From positions 1 through 42,606 of the forward strand of contig CAYRRY010000003.1 of assembly GCA_964426805.1 (NCBI GenBank): 42,606 nt of DNA. The letters run 5' to 3'. Numbering within the stretch: position 1 is the first letter of the stretch; each line of letters begins with the position of its first letter. Below the pieces are notes generated by a model. The model worked only from the letters and a program-made list of their open reading frames with translations, searched no databases and was not told the origin of the DNA. This stretch comes from an uncultured Candidatus Saccharibacteria bacterium (GTDB taxonomy: Bacteria > Patescibacteriota > UBA1384 > XYA2-FULL-43-10). This document shows, piece by piece, positions 41,531 through 42,606 of the stretch. The translations under genes were made by a program, and so were the position numbers.

Positions 41531-42316
41531 CTAAAGTTGGATTTTAATGCTCGGGCCCATTGATCGGCTAAGATATGCGTTTCTGACCTTGGTTACAGGT
41601 AGGCCAGCTATTACAGCCCGAATATTGTCAATAATCTTTTTATCTTCATATGAAACCTTGGCGATTGCAAGATGCACATTGTTGCCTTTGTCGGCCTTGA
41701 ATTCAATCTTTCCGCCTTGGAAATCTTTAGCAGCAGCTTTCGGATCATCTACCACAGTTCCGCTCTTCGGATTCGGCATAAGTCCTTTTGGTCCCAAGAT
41801 TTTAGCAATTGCTCCAAGTTTAGGCATCACTTTTCCACTTGCGATCAAGATATCGAAATCGTCTTTTCCAGCTTTGATCTTTTTTACCACGTCCTCTACA
41901 TTTTTCTCATCTACAATCTCAATCTTCTTCTCCTTGACCGCTCCACCTGGTAAATTTACCGAGCCACGCACGTTTTCAGCAGTCTTATCCAAGCTCACGG
42001 TGAGCTGAATTGTAGCATCAAAACTCTCAATCTTTTGAGACTTAAGGAGTGCTATAGCTTCTTCCGTTTCGTATTTTTTATCTTTTTCGATAGTTTTTAG
42101 CGCTTCTCTATACTTCTTGCCATGCTTTGGTTTTCTTCGGATATTTTTCTTGACTTCAACTTTTGTCTTCTTGGCTTTCTTGTTTTTTTTCTTCGCATCT
42201 TCTTTTTCGACTTTTGCTTCAGCCTTAGCCGTTTTCTCGCGCTCTTCAGCATCTTTCAAAATTGACTTCTCGTCGATTATCTCATCAGAAGAGATTTCTT
42301 GCACTTTCTGTGCCAT
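41531..42316 (-). CDS. rplA: 50S ribosomal protein L1 with a ~60-aa K/E-rich N-terminal extension
   Basis: Core GKKY.EA......Y...EAI.LLK....FD.T......L......NVRGSV.LP.G, FD.LIAS...M..LG....LGP.GLMPNPK.GTV. Confidence 0.93.
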   Translation of the reverse strand: MAQKVQEISSDEIIDEKSILKDAEEREKTAKAEAKVEKEDAKKKNKKAKKTKVEVKKNIRRKPKHGKKYREALKTIEKDKKYETEEAIALLKSQKIESFDATIQLTVSLDKTAENVRGSVNLPGGAVKEKKIEIVDEKNVEDVVKKIKAGKDDFDILIASGKVMPKLGAIAKILGPKGLMPNPKSGTVVDDPKAAAKDFQGGKIEFKADKGNNVHLAIAKVSYEDKKIIDNIRAVIAGLPVTKVRNAYLSRSMGPSIKIQL

Positions 42317-42398
42317 AATTTCCTTTCCCGACTTGTAGCCGGTTCGTGGTCAAACGTTCCTTTGGAACTCCCACTGTTTAATTTTTTATTAGGTAACA

Positions 42399-42427
42399 AA
42401 TATATCACAAGTTACGGGACAAAACAA
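42399..42427 (-). promoter_or_regulatory. Candidate promoter for rplA
   Basis: Minus strand: TTGTTT, 17-nt spacer ending in TGA, then TATATT. Confidence 0.35.
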
Positions 42428-42429
42428 GC

Positions 42430-42606
42430 CTAAACGATCTCGATTGTAGTGGCGGTCAACGGTTCATTTGAGCCGATTGTGTTTACTATCTCCTCGCTTA
42501 CCCTGTCTGTAACTTTTGAGATAACGGCTTTCTCTCTGTCTGAGAATTTGGAGAGCACAAAATCTTTTGTTTCAATCTTACTGGCAACTTCCCCATCAGA
42601 AGAAAC
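42430..42606 (-). CDS. 3' end of an unidentified gene (partial, enters from the right edge); not L11
   Basis: The minus frame is open from the window edge to TAG at 42430-42432 (...KFSDREKAVISKVTDRVSEEIVNTIGSNEPLTATTIEIV*). It does not resemble the L11 or NusG C-terminus. Confidence 0.35.
   Translation of the reverse strand, partial: VSSDGEVASKIETKDFVLSKFSDREKAVISKVTDRVSEEIVNTIGSNEPLTATTIEIV

Noticed and set aside
42330-42360. tRNA-like GGTTCG motif (ggttcgtgg) upstream of rplA.
   Set aside because: No acceptor, anticodon or D-arm pairing could be built around it. It lies in the rplA 5' leader.
1-42606. Alternative genetic code (UGA recoding, as in some candidate phyla).
   Set aside because: All recognised genes read full-length to their expected ends with the standard code, and no in-frame TGA interrupts conserved domains.

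Overview
This is a low-GC backbone (about 37% GC in spot counts) with compact, mostly housekeeping genes. Its style resembles a Patescibacteria/CPR-type genome: many K/E-rich protein extensions, extended -10 promoters, and the standard genetic code. Core blocks are trxB, a DUF3048 protein and eno. Next come rpsU-yqeY-pgpH(short)-ybeY-dgkA, ftsA-ftsZ and nrdR-trxA. These are followed by a UvrD-type helicase-nuclease fusion, rmuC, an RluD-like synthase and secD-secF. The right end carries tgt and rplL-rplJ-rplA on the minus strand. Between secF and tgt (about 21.7-39.1 kb) lies an accessory stretch. It holds two paralogous membrane-anchored VirD4/TraD-like P-loop ATPases, interleaved with an orphan sigma-region-4/HARE-HTH protein and a beta-rich small protein. 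Beside them are a 418-aa disordered protein and a divergently transcribed 1713-aa acidic membrane-anchored giant protein. No other T4SS, relaxase or integrase genes are present. Three short high-GC islets (about 4.7-6.25 kb, 13.0-13.66 kb, 37.2-39.05 kb) differ in codon usage and encode signal-peptide or TM proteins, with strong GGAGG Shine-Dalgarno sites and GC-rich hairpins. The third islet carries a tandem pair of structured RNA units with C-rich hairpin loops (6C-like) upstream of a small acidic-repeat protein. I recognised no rRNA, tRNA, CRISPR array, transposase or reverse transcriptase. All family calls rest on motif recognition by eye and need profile searches to confirm.
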